A stretch of 64,000 nucleotides of DNA from Laetmonice hystrix (Eukaryota). Location: the NCBI GenBank assembly GCA_965235115.1, contig OZ249436.1:6450001-6514000 (forward strand). The letters are read 5' to 3'. A program made the position numbers and the translations under genes. Each line of letters opens with the position of its first letter. The first letter of the stretch is position 1. Below the pieces are notes generated by a model, which was given only the letters and a program-made list of their open reading frames with translations, was not told the DNA's origin and made no database searches. This document shows, piece after piece, positions 1 to 13,441 of the stretch.

Positions 1-63
1 AACCCTCATCCACTCAGCTGTGACGGTCTCCACCATACAATCCTCATCCACTCAGCTGTGACA
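1..63. repeat. End of a ~39-bp tandem repeat cut by the window edge
   Basis: CCTCATCCACTCAGCTGTGAC occurs twice, 39 bp apart. Confidence 0.7.
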
Positions 64-520
64 CCTTTCAATCCACATAAGATTGAGAGAGAGCCGGAAC
101 CATGCTTGGCTTCACCCGCTTGATCACGTGACCAAGCCCATTTCCTTTTAGCATAACTCGCGAGATCTCGTTGCTCGATGCCGGAACAATCAGTGGCCAG
201 GCGGTGAGTGGAGGCCGGGTGACCAGCACCTTGGTTGAATACTAATTCTACATGTATAGACGTTCAGAGTGATAGTCCAACGATACCAACGTCGACCGAC
301 GTTTCTCATGAAGATAATTTCTCTTAAGAATATTTCAGAATAAGAAAGTAAAATGTCTCGGCAGCAGACTCAGCTGGACGGCCAGAGACAGATGACGTGC
401 TGCAGGTGTGTGGCTACCATGTTAGCGTGTAATTGTTGGCGACCACCGTCCCTTTGCTGTTAGCTAAATCATTTAGTGGAGCCGGAAGGACGCTCGATTC
501 AGTGGGAAGAGCTTTACAAG

Positions 521-815
521 ACGTTCTGTGTTGACGGACAGGACGCTGGACGTCTGTACGTTCTGTGTTCACGGACAGGACGCTGGACGTCTGTACGTTC
601 TGTGTTCACGGACAGGACGCTGGACGTCTGTACGTTCTGTGTTCACGGACAGGACGCTGTACGTTCTGTGTTCACGGACAGGACGCTGGATGTCTGTACG
701 TTCTGTGTTCACGGACAGGACGGTGGGCGTCTGTACGTTCTGTGTTCACGGACAGGACGGTGGGCGTCTGTACGTTCTGTGTTCACGGACAGGACGCTGG
801 ACGTCTGTACGTTCT
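521..815. repeat. 37-bp minisatellite, ~8 copies
   Basis: Unit CGTTCTGTGTTCACGGACAGGACGCTGGACGTCTGTA. It explains ORFs 476..874, 528..935 and 565..825. Confidence 0.95.
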
Positions 816-2564
816 ACCGTCATGACAGGACTGTCGTCCTATTGTCAATCTCCACGGCCCTTGATTACTTCTGACCCGACTTCTATAGCACACCCACCGT
901 TATATAATCCTGCATTGTGTGTCTGTGGACTGTAATTAGAACATATAAAATGAAATATTACAATAACCACCGTAGTTATAGGTATTAAAGGATAGGTTAC
1001 CCCATCTTAATTATTTTTGTTATGATAATTTATACGTATTTCAATGTTATTGCAAGCTTCAAAACGCCATTTCAAAGTGACAACTTGTGTGTATGATACG
1101 TTGGTAGGCGTCAACAAAACATCGCATTACATTTGTCCTTCACATCCGTACCAAACGAGGAATTTTAGTACGTTTTCCCCATGCTATGTACCGGCTCGTA
1201 ACAAAAATGTCCCGGTAGACTAATACCTAGAGTCGGGAAACTCTGATCGTTGGCAGAGAGTTGTTCTGCCTCCCCCAGACTTGGCAGACGTCTTGCCAGA
1301 TATGCTCCAGCCTTGTCATTACCTCGTGCACGCGCCATTGATGGCTGAACACACGAGTCGGTCGACAGAGGCGTTAGACCCTGAGAGCTACTCCCTGTGG
1401 TCCGATCGAGCCAGTCAGAAAGTGCTCTTTAACCATTTTTATAGGACACTGACTAACATATTGGTTGGTCTCGACCATCCAGCAAATACTAGGGCACCGG
1501 AGAGTACGCTCCTGGTGGGCATGTTGTCGGCTGGAGCAGACCGTTGAAAGTGTAGAGGGGGCGCAATTGAACAGACGGTGCGTCGACTTCGTCAGAGAGC
1601 AGAGTCTTCCATCCGTCTAGATTAACAAGAGAAGAAAAACTTCAATTTCCAATTTCAGACTCCAATTTCGGCACCACATTACAAATCTTGCTGAAGTTGG
1701 TGTCAAGTACCTTAACCCCCGTCCCTCCGATCCTTGGCGTGACCCTTCTAGCAGTCTAAAACGATGCCTGTGATGTATCTACCCTCTATGAAGGACCTTG
1801 TGGTCCAAGCTATAAATGAGTAAGAACGTGGTCGCACATGTCTCAGACACACGTGCAAAAAGACAATAGATTGCGCTTGATGACAGAGACTCGGAAGCCA
1901 TGAGGGAAATCCATAGTGTATGAAAAGCCCTGATTGTGCATAACGATTGTTCTCAGAGACGTACGTGTCTGCAGACAGTGGCTAATTCCCTCTAGGAAGG
2001 GTCTTTTTGAGTATTGATCTACGTCTGTTTTGAATGAATTAATTGGAAGAATTCACTTAAGGAGTAGGAAGCTTAAAGAATATTTTGTTTGGACACGCAG
2101 TCGTCTTCAAAGTTGGCAACAATCTGGCTCTTAAGTGACAGCTAAGTTCCCCTTTGCCCGTTTGTTGCAATATCTCTTGAAGACAAGTAAAGGAATTAAT
2201 CTTCTTGAACACGAAATGAAGGCACGTAGTGAGCTTATTTTGTACTTATAGGATCCCAACAGAGTGCACATGCATGGAAGTCACCTCCTTACAATGATCA
2301 GAGTAGGAGCTCCTTGTGGGATTGTGGAATAAAACGAGCTTCCTAATCACAAATGTATCACGCAATTTCAACAAATCAGGCAGATTGGTGCTTTTGTCAT
2401 TTGCGTTCCGGCAGGCCCTCTATAAAATCAGAATTCAACCACAACCCTCCGAAATATTGTGTTTCACGCGAATGGTGGGTCTACACACTTTCAGATCTAT
2501 AGCTTATTGTGGCCCATACCCATATTGATGCAGTTAAGATTGGGTTGAACATCAAGCTCGCGAG

Positions 2565-3172
2565 AGGTCTTAACAGTTCAACGGAGGGGGTTAAGGTTTT
2601 CCTTGACCCTGAGGTCCTAACAGTTCAACGGATGGGGTTAAGGTTTTCCTTCACCCTGAGGTCCTAACAGTTCAGCGAGTAGGGTTAAGGTTTTCCTCGA
2701 CCCTGAGGTCCTAACAGTTCAGCGAGTACGGTTAAGGTTTTCCTTGACCCTGAGGTCCTAACAGTTCAGCGAGTAGGGTTAAGGTTTTCCTTGACCCTGA
2801 GGTCCTAACAGTTCAGCGAGTAGGGTTAAGGTCTTCCTTGACCCTGACGTCTTAAGAGTTAAGCGAGTAGGGTTAAGGTTTTCCTTGACCCTGAGGTCCT
2901 AACAGTTCAGCGAGTAGGGTTAAGGTTTTCCGTGACCCTGAGGTCCTAACAGTCCAGCGAGTAGGGTTAAGGTTTTCCTTGACCCTGAGGTCCTAACAGT
3001 TCAGCGAGTAGGGTTAAGGTTTTCCTTGACCCTGAGGTCCTAACAGTTCAGCAAGTAGGGTTAAGGTTTTCCTTGACCCTGAGGTCCTAACAGTTCAGCG
3101 AGTAGGGTTAAGGTTTTCCTTGACATTGAGGTCCTAACAGTTCAACGGATGGGGTTCAGGTTGTCCCTGACC
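2565..3172. repeat. 47-bp minisatellite, ~13 copies, each with a hairpin
   Basis: Unit GAGGTCCTAACAGTTCAGCGAGTAGGGTTAAGGTTTTCCTTGACCCT. It contains the stem-loop AGGGTTAAGG-TTTT-CCTTGACCCT (one G-T pair). Confidence 0.95.
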
Positions 3173-4656
3173 TTTTAGATCAAACTGCGTTTCTAACCGA
3201 GTCCAAATTCTTTATGATTCCTTAAGGACGGGAACGGGGCCGACACTTTCCCCCGCATGGCGCCTCAGCTACAGCAAGGGTATGAGACACAGGGGACGCT
3301 AGTTTCAGGTTGATTGTCCCCCTGGCAACGGGACGCTGATATCGGCCAGGAGGACGCTGAAGGACGTAGGCACAGATTTGTTGACCCCTGGAGCGTGAGA
3401 AAGGGCAGTGTGTTTAACGAAGGCGTGCAGTGCCTGCATGGACACTGGCAGGGTTTGTGGAGGCTGTGCCATTGGCCGGAATCCGATGTCATCTCAGGTG
3501 ACAAGGCTGGTTGTGGCTGTCACCTGCTGGATGACGAGTCGGGGTGTACGGCGGCGGGTTGCCTGTCACTGTACGACGGTGAGCGCTCAGCGATATTCGA
3601 CAGGGCTCAAATAGAACCTAATGGGGACCACATGGGGGTATGGGGTTATGAATTTACAATTAAGGGGAGTATGATGTTGGCAGAGTGTCATAGAGGCAGT
3701 GTTTTAACGGACAGGCCGGAATTACATGGATACAAGTATATTGAGGCCTATAAATAGCTATTGGTGCTTACGTTGACAATTGTGATGGCTGGTCATATAC
3801 ATTAAAGTCGTTTTTCTTTTCAAAATAAATCATTTTAAAATGTTGTTCTCATTACATAACTGGCAGCTATATTTTTCAACTGAACTCCGCCAATTGCGTG
3901 GTCCCCCCCCCCCCCCCCCCGTGAATCTGGATGCTGTACCTTTAACGGTCAAAATAACGACTTTTATCTTTCTTTTTTGTTTTGATATGACATCCAAGAG
4001 GACACATAAGTCGCATCATGTGTAGGTGGCACCATGTGTGGGTGTGTGGGGGTGGGGCTAGCTCAGTGGTGACACCGAGAGACATTATTCGATGAATCAT
4101 GTACCTCTTCATTCACTGCCGCCACCAGGGCGGGTGCTGTTTGTGCCTGTCCAGTGTGCACACATCCTGTGTATCATCACCTCCCGTCGACAAGAGAGTT
4201 AAGTGCGATTACTGTTTATTGAGTCAACAGTACTCGTAGCAATCTGTCTCCATTACCCTTGACTCCATCAACATTATATCCTCCAAATTACAATATGTCA
4301 GCGCTGAGGTTCCCAGGGGGCACACTTTGCATAACAACAGAGGGCATGTAGACAAAGAGAGTTGGTTTTGTGAGATACAACTCAAAACTGTCAGGTGGCA
4401 AATATCATTTTTTCAATCAATACTGAATCCATCGAATTATATTTTCGTATATTTTATATTTTGATTAGCGATGCTGTGTAATTATCTGTAATAATGTTTC
4501 CCGCCATATTTCATTCAAATCAGCCTATGAGTATACATGAGTCTCACAGGATGAGGGGTGTATATGTATATTCAAATGTTTCATACCGTCCTGTGGAGTC
4601 AGGTTTGAGAATATAAATAATTAATGTACTGTGGTGTTTACATTCAGTAAGTCCAG

Positions 4657-5865
4657 AGTTAACCTTGCAGGCGGGCTGACAGGCGGTACTATGTACAGGG
4701 TTAACCTTGCAGGCGGGCTGACAGGCGGTACTATGTACAGGGTTAACCTTGCAGGCCGGCTGACAGGCGGTACTATGTACAGGATTAACCTTGCAGGCGG
4801 GCTGACAGGCGGTACTACAGGGTTAACCTTGCAGGCGGGCTGACAGGCGGTACTATGTACAGGGTTAACCTTGCAGGTGGGCTGACAGGGGGTACTACAG
4901 GGTTAACCTTGCAGGCGGGCTGACAGGCGGTACTATGTACAGGGTTAACCTTGCAGGCGGGCTGACAGGCGGTACTATGTACAGGGTTAACCTTGCAGGC
5001 GGGATGACAGGGGGTACTATGTACAGGGTTAACCTTGCAGGCGGGCTGACAGGCGGTACTATGTACATGGTTAACCTTGCAGGCGGGATGACAGGCGGTA
5101 CTATGTACAGGGTTAACCTTGCAGGCGGGCTGACAGGCGGTACTATGTACATGGTTAACCTTGCAGGCGGGCTGACAGGCGGTACTATGTACAGGGTTAA
5201 CCTTGCAGGCGGGATGACAGGCGGTACTATGTACAGGGTTAACCTTGCAGGCGGGCTGACAGGCGGTACTATGTACAGAGTTAACCTTGCAGGCGGGTTG
5301 ACAGGCGGTACTATGTACAGGGTTAACCTTGCAGGCGGGCTAACAGGCGGTACTGTGTCCAGGGTTAACCTTGCAGGCGGGCTGACAGGGGGTACTATGT
5401 ACATGGTTAACCTTGCAGGCGGGCTGACAGGCGGTGCTGTGTCCAGGGTTAACCTTGCAGGCGGGATGACAGGCGGTACTATATATACAGGGTTAACCTT
5501 GCAGGCGGGCTGACAGGCGGTACTATGTACATGGTTAACCTTGCAGGCGGGCTGACAGGCGGTACTATGTACAGGGTTAACCTTGCAGGCGGGCTGACAG
5601 GCAGTACTATGTACAGGGTTAACCTTGCAGGCGGGTTGACAGGCGGTAACATGGTTAACCTTGCAGGCGGGCTGACAGGCGGTACTATGTACAGGGTAAC
5701 CTTGCAGGCGGGCTGACAGGCGGTACTATGTACAGGGTTAACCTTGCAGGCGGGCTGACAGGCAGTACTATGTACAGGGTTAACCTTGCAGGCGGGCTGA
5801 CAGGCGGTACTATGTGCAGGGTTAACCTTGCAGGCGGGCTGACAGGCGGTACTATGTATACAGGG
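4657..5865. repeat. 42-bp minisatellite, ~29 copies
   Basis: Unit AGGGTTAACCTTGCAGGCGGGCTGACAGGCGGTACTATGTAC. Its length is a multiple of 3, which produces the spurious MYRVNLAGGLTGGT ORFs. Confidence 0.97.
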
Positions 5866-6587
5866 TCGTTGGACCGAGCTTCGATTTACTCCAACTTTAT
5901 TTGTGCTACTCTGCATTTAGTAGCGCCAGTTTGGGAGTTGGCAGGCTAAAAGGGATGCAAATATAATGGCGTATGTGCAAAGGCACTCGAGCTCGTAAGA
6001 TAGCTCCATGTAGAAATGGATAGCTCCTTCCTTTACGATGGATAAAGAATCAGTGAACTTTACACCTTCCAGCAAGCTCTACCGCACTGGTCCCCTATCG
6101 CTGATCGTACTTCCAGCAATTGTTCGGGAATCATTGGTAAATGTATTCGTCGGATCCGACATTTCCTCAAGGCAAGGCATCAATACAGAACTGGTGTCGT
6201 TTGTGTGATGCCTTCATGAGCCCTTATATAGAGATGGCCCTCAGTGCGATCGTGAAACATGTATACGGGCCATTCCCGGCATACAGGAAGCCACTGGCCG
6301 GCTATTCGCGCCGAGCCAGCCCTGCCCGATCAGGCTCCATATATTTCGTCCATAAAAGACGAACTCGCATTTGTATGAGACATGGCGTTCTCTAGTGGCG
6401 CTGTCCCCGGCCGGGAGGACGCTGTGGACGACACTGGGGCGTCTCGCACAGCCTTTCAAATGAATCCTTTCAAATATCTCATATCTAATGGACAGGAGCA
6501 TTATATAGGATCACTGGTCCATGAGGACATATTGGTCACAACATTACTGTTCGGATGTTTGGTCAGAATGCCGAGTTATGTTCGAAC

Positions 6588-6678
6588 GCAATGTTTCCAG
6601 ATGCCTGGTGACGTCGACTCTACAGACTACTTGTGGTTCTGGGCACGCGCGCAATGTTTCCAGATGCCTGGTGACGTC
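6588..6678. repeat. Short direct duplication (~28 bp)
   Basis: GCAATGTTTCCAGATGCCTGGTGACGTC at ~6588 and 6651. Confidence 0.8.
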
Positions 6679-8240
6679 ACTATAGAAGGACTTCTTCCGG
6701 TTAGGGAAAGAATTGGTGCGGATGCAGGGCAGACATGACAGGGAAAAGTAGCCATTGAATTCGTGAAAGAGAACTTGCTGTTTGGAATACCCCGTGCCTT
6801 CATTCAGGTCCTATGTCCGTGTTAAGGGCACGGTCCAGCGAGTTCCCCACGACGGGTTGTATACCCTCTACTCGTAAACATATCCAACCAGCCAGTGTAC
6901 AATGGTCGTATATCCATGAACGACAATGATTGCATTGGCCCCGCTGTAACGCAAAGCTGTATAGGATGTTTTAAAATATACGAAGTGAACTGGGTCCTTC
7001 CCCCTTTGTTTTTATTTATTTTATTTATTGTTTTAATTATTTTATTTATTTATTTATTGGTATTCTGGAGACGGTCTCAGAAGCTATGTTCACGTGATGT
7101 CCCAGTCAATATCTATCTCGGCCGGGACGGAGGGCATAGAGAGCACCATGATTTTCAGACCTGAGACAGAAATTGTCGTATTCACCCGTCTGGAATATTA
7201 TAGCTCAATTGCGACTAATGATGGGGACATGCCGGGCTGGGTTGGCGTGCGCCTCACACTGCTGCACGGAACGTGGCCGACGTGCCTAATGAAGCTCTTC
7301 TCTCCACGTCATCACAGTAGGTAATTCGTGCGTCACGTGACTGCTACCTCGGGCTGCCTACTTGATGCGACGATCTTTTCATGACCAATCACATCGGGTC
7401 TTTTACTCACATTCACACAACTGATTAAATCATGCCGATTTCGTGGGGGGAATATTTCCGACGAACTCCGTTTGATCTAATAAAGGAAACGTCTTCTTGT
7501 TCTTATAAACATATCTCCTCTTTTGGAACTTGCCTCTTTATACAGAAAAATAAATGAAACAAAAAAGTCCACCTTGACGAATGAACAGACTTAATTTCGT
7601 CCGAAAGTCTATGATATCCGTGTTTTCACGGAGAGATGAAAATGTCTTGGACATAATAATGCCTTGTATACTTTTATTTAAACTTTCTTGATTTCCTCTG
7701 GGGTCATTATTAGTAATCGCACTTAGTAAATACATGAATTTTAGATGGCACGCTAAAGATTAATGACTGGCCTTCAAAAACTCTTCAGACAAACTTGATT
7801 ATAGCAGACCACATGATAATCTCATGACATGTATAGTGGTAATGTCGTCAAACTTTCTTCATTATCAGGGTTTATCCGCACAGCTTTTCACCCCGAATTA
7901 TAATCAAACAAAGAGGTGGTTGAGGAAATGACGACACCATCTTGCCACCAGCACCTGAATCTTGTAGATTATTAACACAAGGCCGTGATGGTTCTCATGG
8001 ATTTAGCAGCCCTCTACTCCAGCGGTCGGCAAGTAACTCAACACGGCTCTATTCCCCTAGCCCTGGAGGGACTCCCGTGCACACGAGGGCACCTGCGCCA
8101 ACTTGACGACCGCAGCGCCTCCAGGCGTCCACCGTCCGAACAAAATTGCATTTTCAACAGCACCACTTCAGGGCTACTTGACGACCCGGATAATCCGTCG
8201 GCCAGCCGGCCTCTGGAGCGAATACAAATCACGGCCGGGA

Positions 8241-8308
8241 GGAAGGGCCTGCAGAGACGGCCTGCAGACCTGTAGGAAGGGCCTGCAGAGACGGCCTGCA
8301 GACCTGTA
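8241..8308. repeat. 34-bp tandem duplication
   Basis: GGAAGGGCCTGCAGAGACGGCCTGCAGACCTGTA occurs twice in tandem. Confidence 0.85.
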
Positions 8309-11300
8309 AACGGCTCACCCGTCACCCGTCCACATGGCACCGTCAACCGGCTCGACTGCCAGAACATCCCAGAATCGCCATGCGCCGACGGTGACCGCTA
8401 CATTAGGCAAACTTTTATTCCTATCTAAATTAATTTTCCCTCATTGGTTCCCACACCAGCTGGCCGCCAAGCTTTGACCAAGAGATGAGTGCCTCTCCAC
8501 CGGACGATGTTATCCAGAACACTGAGCACAGCCGGGTCGATACCTGAATTTGCATAAATCGGATAAATATGTACCCTTTCAACAATAACCCCCGCCTCCA
8601 TCCTCCCCCACCCCCTCCATCCTCCCCACCCCCTCCATCCTCCGATAATCCACACAAGGTTGGTTGGCCAGTTCATCTAGCAGCCCAAGAACGGGTTCTC
8701 ATATCCTGGATCAGAACGGTCACGCAGTAACCGCTCCAACAGTTCATGACATTAATCACAAAATTACCGCTTTTAGAGGCAAAATGTCGTCTATAAGCAC
8801 GATACAGACCTAATATAAGCAGAATCGACCCGACCAGGTCAGACCCGGCGGAGCCTGGTTTCCTGTTGACCCTCAAATACCTAACTCAGTCTGGCTGACC
8901 CCTTGTGCCTGGCTAGGATCCAGTGGAGGAGTAACCATCGAGACCAGCAACAGAAGACTTGTATGAGCTCAGGAAAACAAGGCCAGTGGACTTGACACAG
9001 GTCTAGTATGCGCAAATGTAAGGGCAATCAAATTCTGTAGAAGAGTCAACCCCCTTTCTTCAAATCTGCTTTCCCACTCAATAGACATGAACGCCCAACT
9101 TGTGAACCTACTTATCTCGTTTGAACCATTCTGAGAGGTGCTGGCTTACCTAAAATAATACACTTTACCTTTAAAATATATTATTTGAAGAATCCTATAA
9201 TGTAGGGTCTATTATGTGTTATTGCAGGCCTATAAGTCCACGTTAGTGTTTTTATTATACGTACGTTTGTATTGATATACAGCTCATTCAAGATCGTATG
9301 AACATTTTCTACCTCAGACTGACCAAAGATCAGTAATTAAAGATACAAAGATACAAAGACAGCCTATACATCACAAATTAGCCAGTTCTGTGTTAACGGG
9401 TTCAAAGGAAGCACATGTCTACTTGGTTTTCATTTGAGAATGACATGAATCAATAAATAGCCATCATCCCTTCAATGCCAATCTAACATTTGACATTGAG
9501 ACGTGAATTCCGTCACGTGACCTTTAGCCAGTACGATTACGGGGAATACCCCATCATCCACCATCGGCCCATGCAGTTCACGTGGCCCAGATTCGCAAGC
9601 TGCCTCGTTTTCGTCGGGCTGACGCAATAAACTCCAATCATGCACTACCTTGCTCTGAGGAGAGTGTAAACAGAACAAGTTCATTCGTAGCGAATGAAAT
9701 TCCGCTAGACCTGGCACCGTCTGAATTTATGTCTAACACGGATAATAGAGACTTACTAAGGTAAAATAGTATCAAGGATGAAAAGGTCTATGCATTTAGG
9801 AATACCCCTAAGCTTCTAGGAGAAATGTCAGTTGAAAATTGGGCTGCATTTGGGTATCTTTAATGAAATTGCACTTGCCATATTTCTTTCCCTAGAAACA
9901 TCTGACAAAAATAAAAATTAATGCGGAAATCGTATGAAAAACAAAGACACCTGATTTGCCGCCAAATGGTTTTAGCATCTGTGAAACCGTCAATGAATTG
10001 AAGCTGGTTAGATTAGTAGCACTGGTCTCTGCTGATTAGAATGCCAAGTAAAGGACGTTCATTAAAGCTTTCCTCCTGGACACGTACCGCTTTAAATTTG
10101 ATTACCTCTAAGATCTTAAAGCCAAGTGAGGCGTGATCTCCCCAAGTAGTTTGATTCGAAGGTCAATGGTTGAGTTCCACGCAGCGCTGGTGAATACGCG
10201 GTTTTCATTTCCCTCTCTAAATTAATGAAGAAAATCGAGTCGTTGTCCCTGTCGTCAAAATCGATACTTGACATGTTCGGGCTCTTTAGGTAAAAGTAGG
10301 AATAATGAAAGCATCAAGGAGTTAGCCTACTGCTATAGCTAGAATACAGGGCACAGACATCCATAATAGACATAAAAAAGAACTGAATCATCTAGGATTC
10401 CAGTCGACTGCTTAATTAAACAGACTTTTACTAGTACAATGTACAATAGTGGTAACTTGCGATAAATATTGAGAGCGCATTCCGTGCAATTACATAGAAG
10501 GCATTTAATTAGTTAATTAAAAGGGTTCTACTATTTGTTATACAAGGCGTGGAAAACACACTGTGTGCCTAACGCACACAAACGTATCTTGTAATGGGGA
10601 AAATATATTAAAGAAGAATATTAGCCCAACAGCTGTGAAACACTTAAAATAGCCGGAGAGTCACAGCGACAACGTTACAATGAGAACATGACAGAGACAT
10701 ACAGACTCCTTACATACTAGGCCAATTTATTAATGATCTCAGATAAAATAAATGACGTAGGGGCAAATGATGCACCTTTCTTGAACCTGAAAGACAACGC
10801 CATTGCATTGATGGGGTTCTTGTCCCAAGCTATACAAGTGCTGCCCTCTGACGTCGTGTCCGTTCATTAGTCTTAGATCGATCCAAGCAGTGTGGCGAAC
10901 AGGAAGACTCGCCAACAACAGAACGGGTTCAAACGGCAAACGGCGTGACATGCCGACAGCGGTTCTGATTGCAAACCTCCGCCCTCAACTCATCCAATTT
11001 TCTCACAATGTCCACAACGATTAGCACAATGTGCTGGGGTAGGTGACCTTGGTGACAAACATGGCGGCTCAGAATGTACAGAACTTAACGCTAGACGACC
11101 AAAGGGACGGGGATGGGGAGACAATGAAGTCACGTCATGACAACTGCCTGATGAACGCCGAGCCGAATAAAGCCATGTGACAAGTTCTAAATGTTAATAG
11201 CGACCATGTGGGACGTGAAGTTGTGTCTTGACAACCACTTCCGGTCTCCACGTCACAAAGAAACCAGTGAGGATCAAATGGTGGCCACTTCATCAAACTG

Positions 11301-12424
11301 AGGACAAAAGTTTCCCGGAATTCTGCTCCCTCCGGATTTACTCACAACGAGTGCGTGGTGCTGTGTTTGAAAGTATTTTTCCGAAGAGGAATTATGCATT
11401 CATCACATAAAGCAGCCAGCTCTACCTAATGAATTGTTATCGTGAAATCGCATGCTGTTTTATTACTGATTTTGGCAACCTAAGCCATGGCTTGAGTAAG
11501 GGCGAAATGACCAAAATTAATGACCCCAAAATATTGTGTTTGTACGGGGACATAAAAATTCAATAGCTCTCAACTTTTCAAGTGTTTCTTTTTACGATCT
11601 CATCGGCCACTTAGCACTTCCCGACAACTCTTATATGAAATCAGCTGAACTGTTAATGGAATCATATCCCCATGTAGTCAATAATGATGCTTTTTGTAAA
11701 TAAAATGGATTAATTAAATTTCATCTCAGCTTTACATTTGCAGTAATAGCATCATGAGCTCTATTGTAGTATACGGTTGGAGCGTCGCGAGCTGATTGAG
11801 TAAAATTGCACTCTGGTAGAGTGTAGCTAAAGTGCAAATTCTTGTTTTACTCTCTATTTCGCAACAGTCAATTGCATTCCGATCATATTTACGAATTCAA
11901 AAGTCATAAAGTACACATAACCGTTAATGAACAGTTCGAAAAATTATTACGTGACTATTATAGGAAATAGATTCGCTAATAACCTGGTCTTGCAGACTTT
12001 AGTATTGATTCAGCGACATTACGTGTCATTTTCCTACACTGGATGGTTGATAACGAAATGCTAGGAGAATGAACGCTTTGCTCGGTTATTCTCCAATGGC
12101 ACCTTCCGAAGGAGGTGGGGTAAGGGGTGAGGGGCGAGGTATAGGGATACGTTTTATGGAGGGGTGTGTTTTGGGAGAAGGGGGAAATAGTGAGAGATTT
12201 CTACTTGTTCCGACCAGTTTTCGTGACAATGTTATCTACTGACCGTTTTGTTACCAGACATTCACGCGCGGCATTTATAGAGACGATTGATAAAGAGGTG
12301 TAGGCTTGTTCATGTAATCTACAGCTGCCAATTTTGACCAGCACATTTTATTTAGTGGTCTTAAGGGTTCCTTCCATGGATTCCTACATTTAATATCAAG
12401 AGCTAAGGAAATACTAAACATGTA

Positions 12425-12595
12425 TAGGTCCGTACGCAGCCTAAAATTGCTGGAGGCAGACTTACGTTCAGAAGGGCATCCTGATCACATGAATGATTTC
12501 ACACCCTTAAAAAGGGCACCTGCTAGTAAACAGGGCACTTTGTCACCATGATTACTAGGGCAACTCCCCCCTCCGCCCCCGCTAGGTCAGCCCTG
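12425..12595 (+). mobile_element. Short dispersed repeat (MITE-like), copy 1
   Basis: Co-linear with 54736-54890 (CGCAGCCTA-AATTGC...GTTCAGAAGGG...TTCACACCCTTA-AAAGGGCACCTGCT...AAACAGGGCACTTT...CCATGATTA). This copy ends in CCCTG and the other begins with CAGGG. A hAT-like assignment is inference. Confidence 0.7.
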
Positions 12596-12827
12596 ATGTA
12601 CGACTACCTTCATCAATCACATGCCAACGGTTCCTTTTAGAGATCATTCAAAGGTAAATATATAGCTATGCATGGATTTGTATACCAAATCAAAAAATGG
12701 CCATCATATGACAGCCGGCAATTGTCCTAATGTGACTCGTTCAGAACGCTCTTTCACTTAATGTCTTTTTCCCACCACGTGTTAATCTATACTACCGCCT
12801 GATACTGATAGTACAGGCTCGTTCCCC

Positions 12828-13441
12828 AGTGTATCCCTACATGCCCTATCCCGGGTGTATCCCTACATGCCCTATCCCGAGTGTATCCCTACATGCCCTA
12901 TCCCGAGTGTATCCCTACATGCCCTATCCCCAGTGTTTCCCTACATGCCCTATCCCGAGTGTATCCCTACATGCCCTATCCCGAGTGTATCCCTACATGC
13001 CCTATCCCGAGTGTATCCCTACATGCCCTATCCCGAGTGTATCCCTACATGCCCTATCCCGAGTGTATCCCTACATGCCCTATCCCGAGTGTATCCCTAC
13101 ATGCCCTATCCCGAGTGTATCCCTACATGCCCTATCCCGAGTGTATCCCTACATGCCCTATCCCGAGTGTATCCCTACATGCCCTATCCCGAGTGTATCC
13201 CTACATGCCCTATCCCGAGTGTATCCCTACATGCCCCATCCCGAGTGTATCCCTACAATACATGCCCTATCCCGAGTGTATCCCTACATGCCCTATCCCG
13301 AGTGTATCCCTACATGCCCTATCCCGAGTGTATCCCTACATGCCCTCTCCCGAGTGTATCCCTACATGCCCTATCCCGAGTGTATCCCTACATGCCCTAT
13401 CCCCAGTGTATCCCTACATGCCCTATCCCGAGTGTATCCCT
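12828..13441. repeat. 26-bp minisatellite, ~23 copies
   Basis: Unit GAGTGTATCCCTACATGCCCTATCCC. It explains the three MYPYMPYPECIPT ORFs. Confidence 0.97.

Noticed and set aside
4052..4075. tRNA/SINE head GGGGCTAGCTCAGTGGT
   Set aside because: It is an A-box-like stretch only, with no B box or cloverleaf downstream.
4631..5949. Long repetitive ORFs here and at 476-935, 12829-13771, 26450-27339 and 63334-63826
   Set aside because: They are translations of stop-free minisatellite units, open in several frames or strands and broken by unit indels.
7985..8400. GC/CpG-rich ORFs here and at 3314-3757, 13441-13771 and 14359-14915
   Set aside because: No recognisable domain, no consistent splice boundaries, and lengths compatible with chance in GC-rich DNA.
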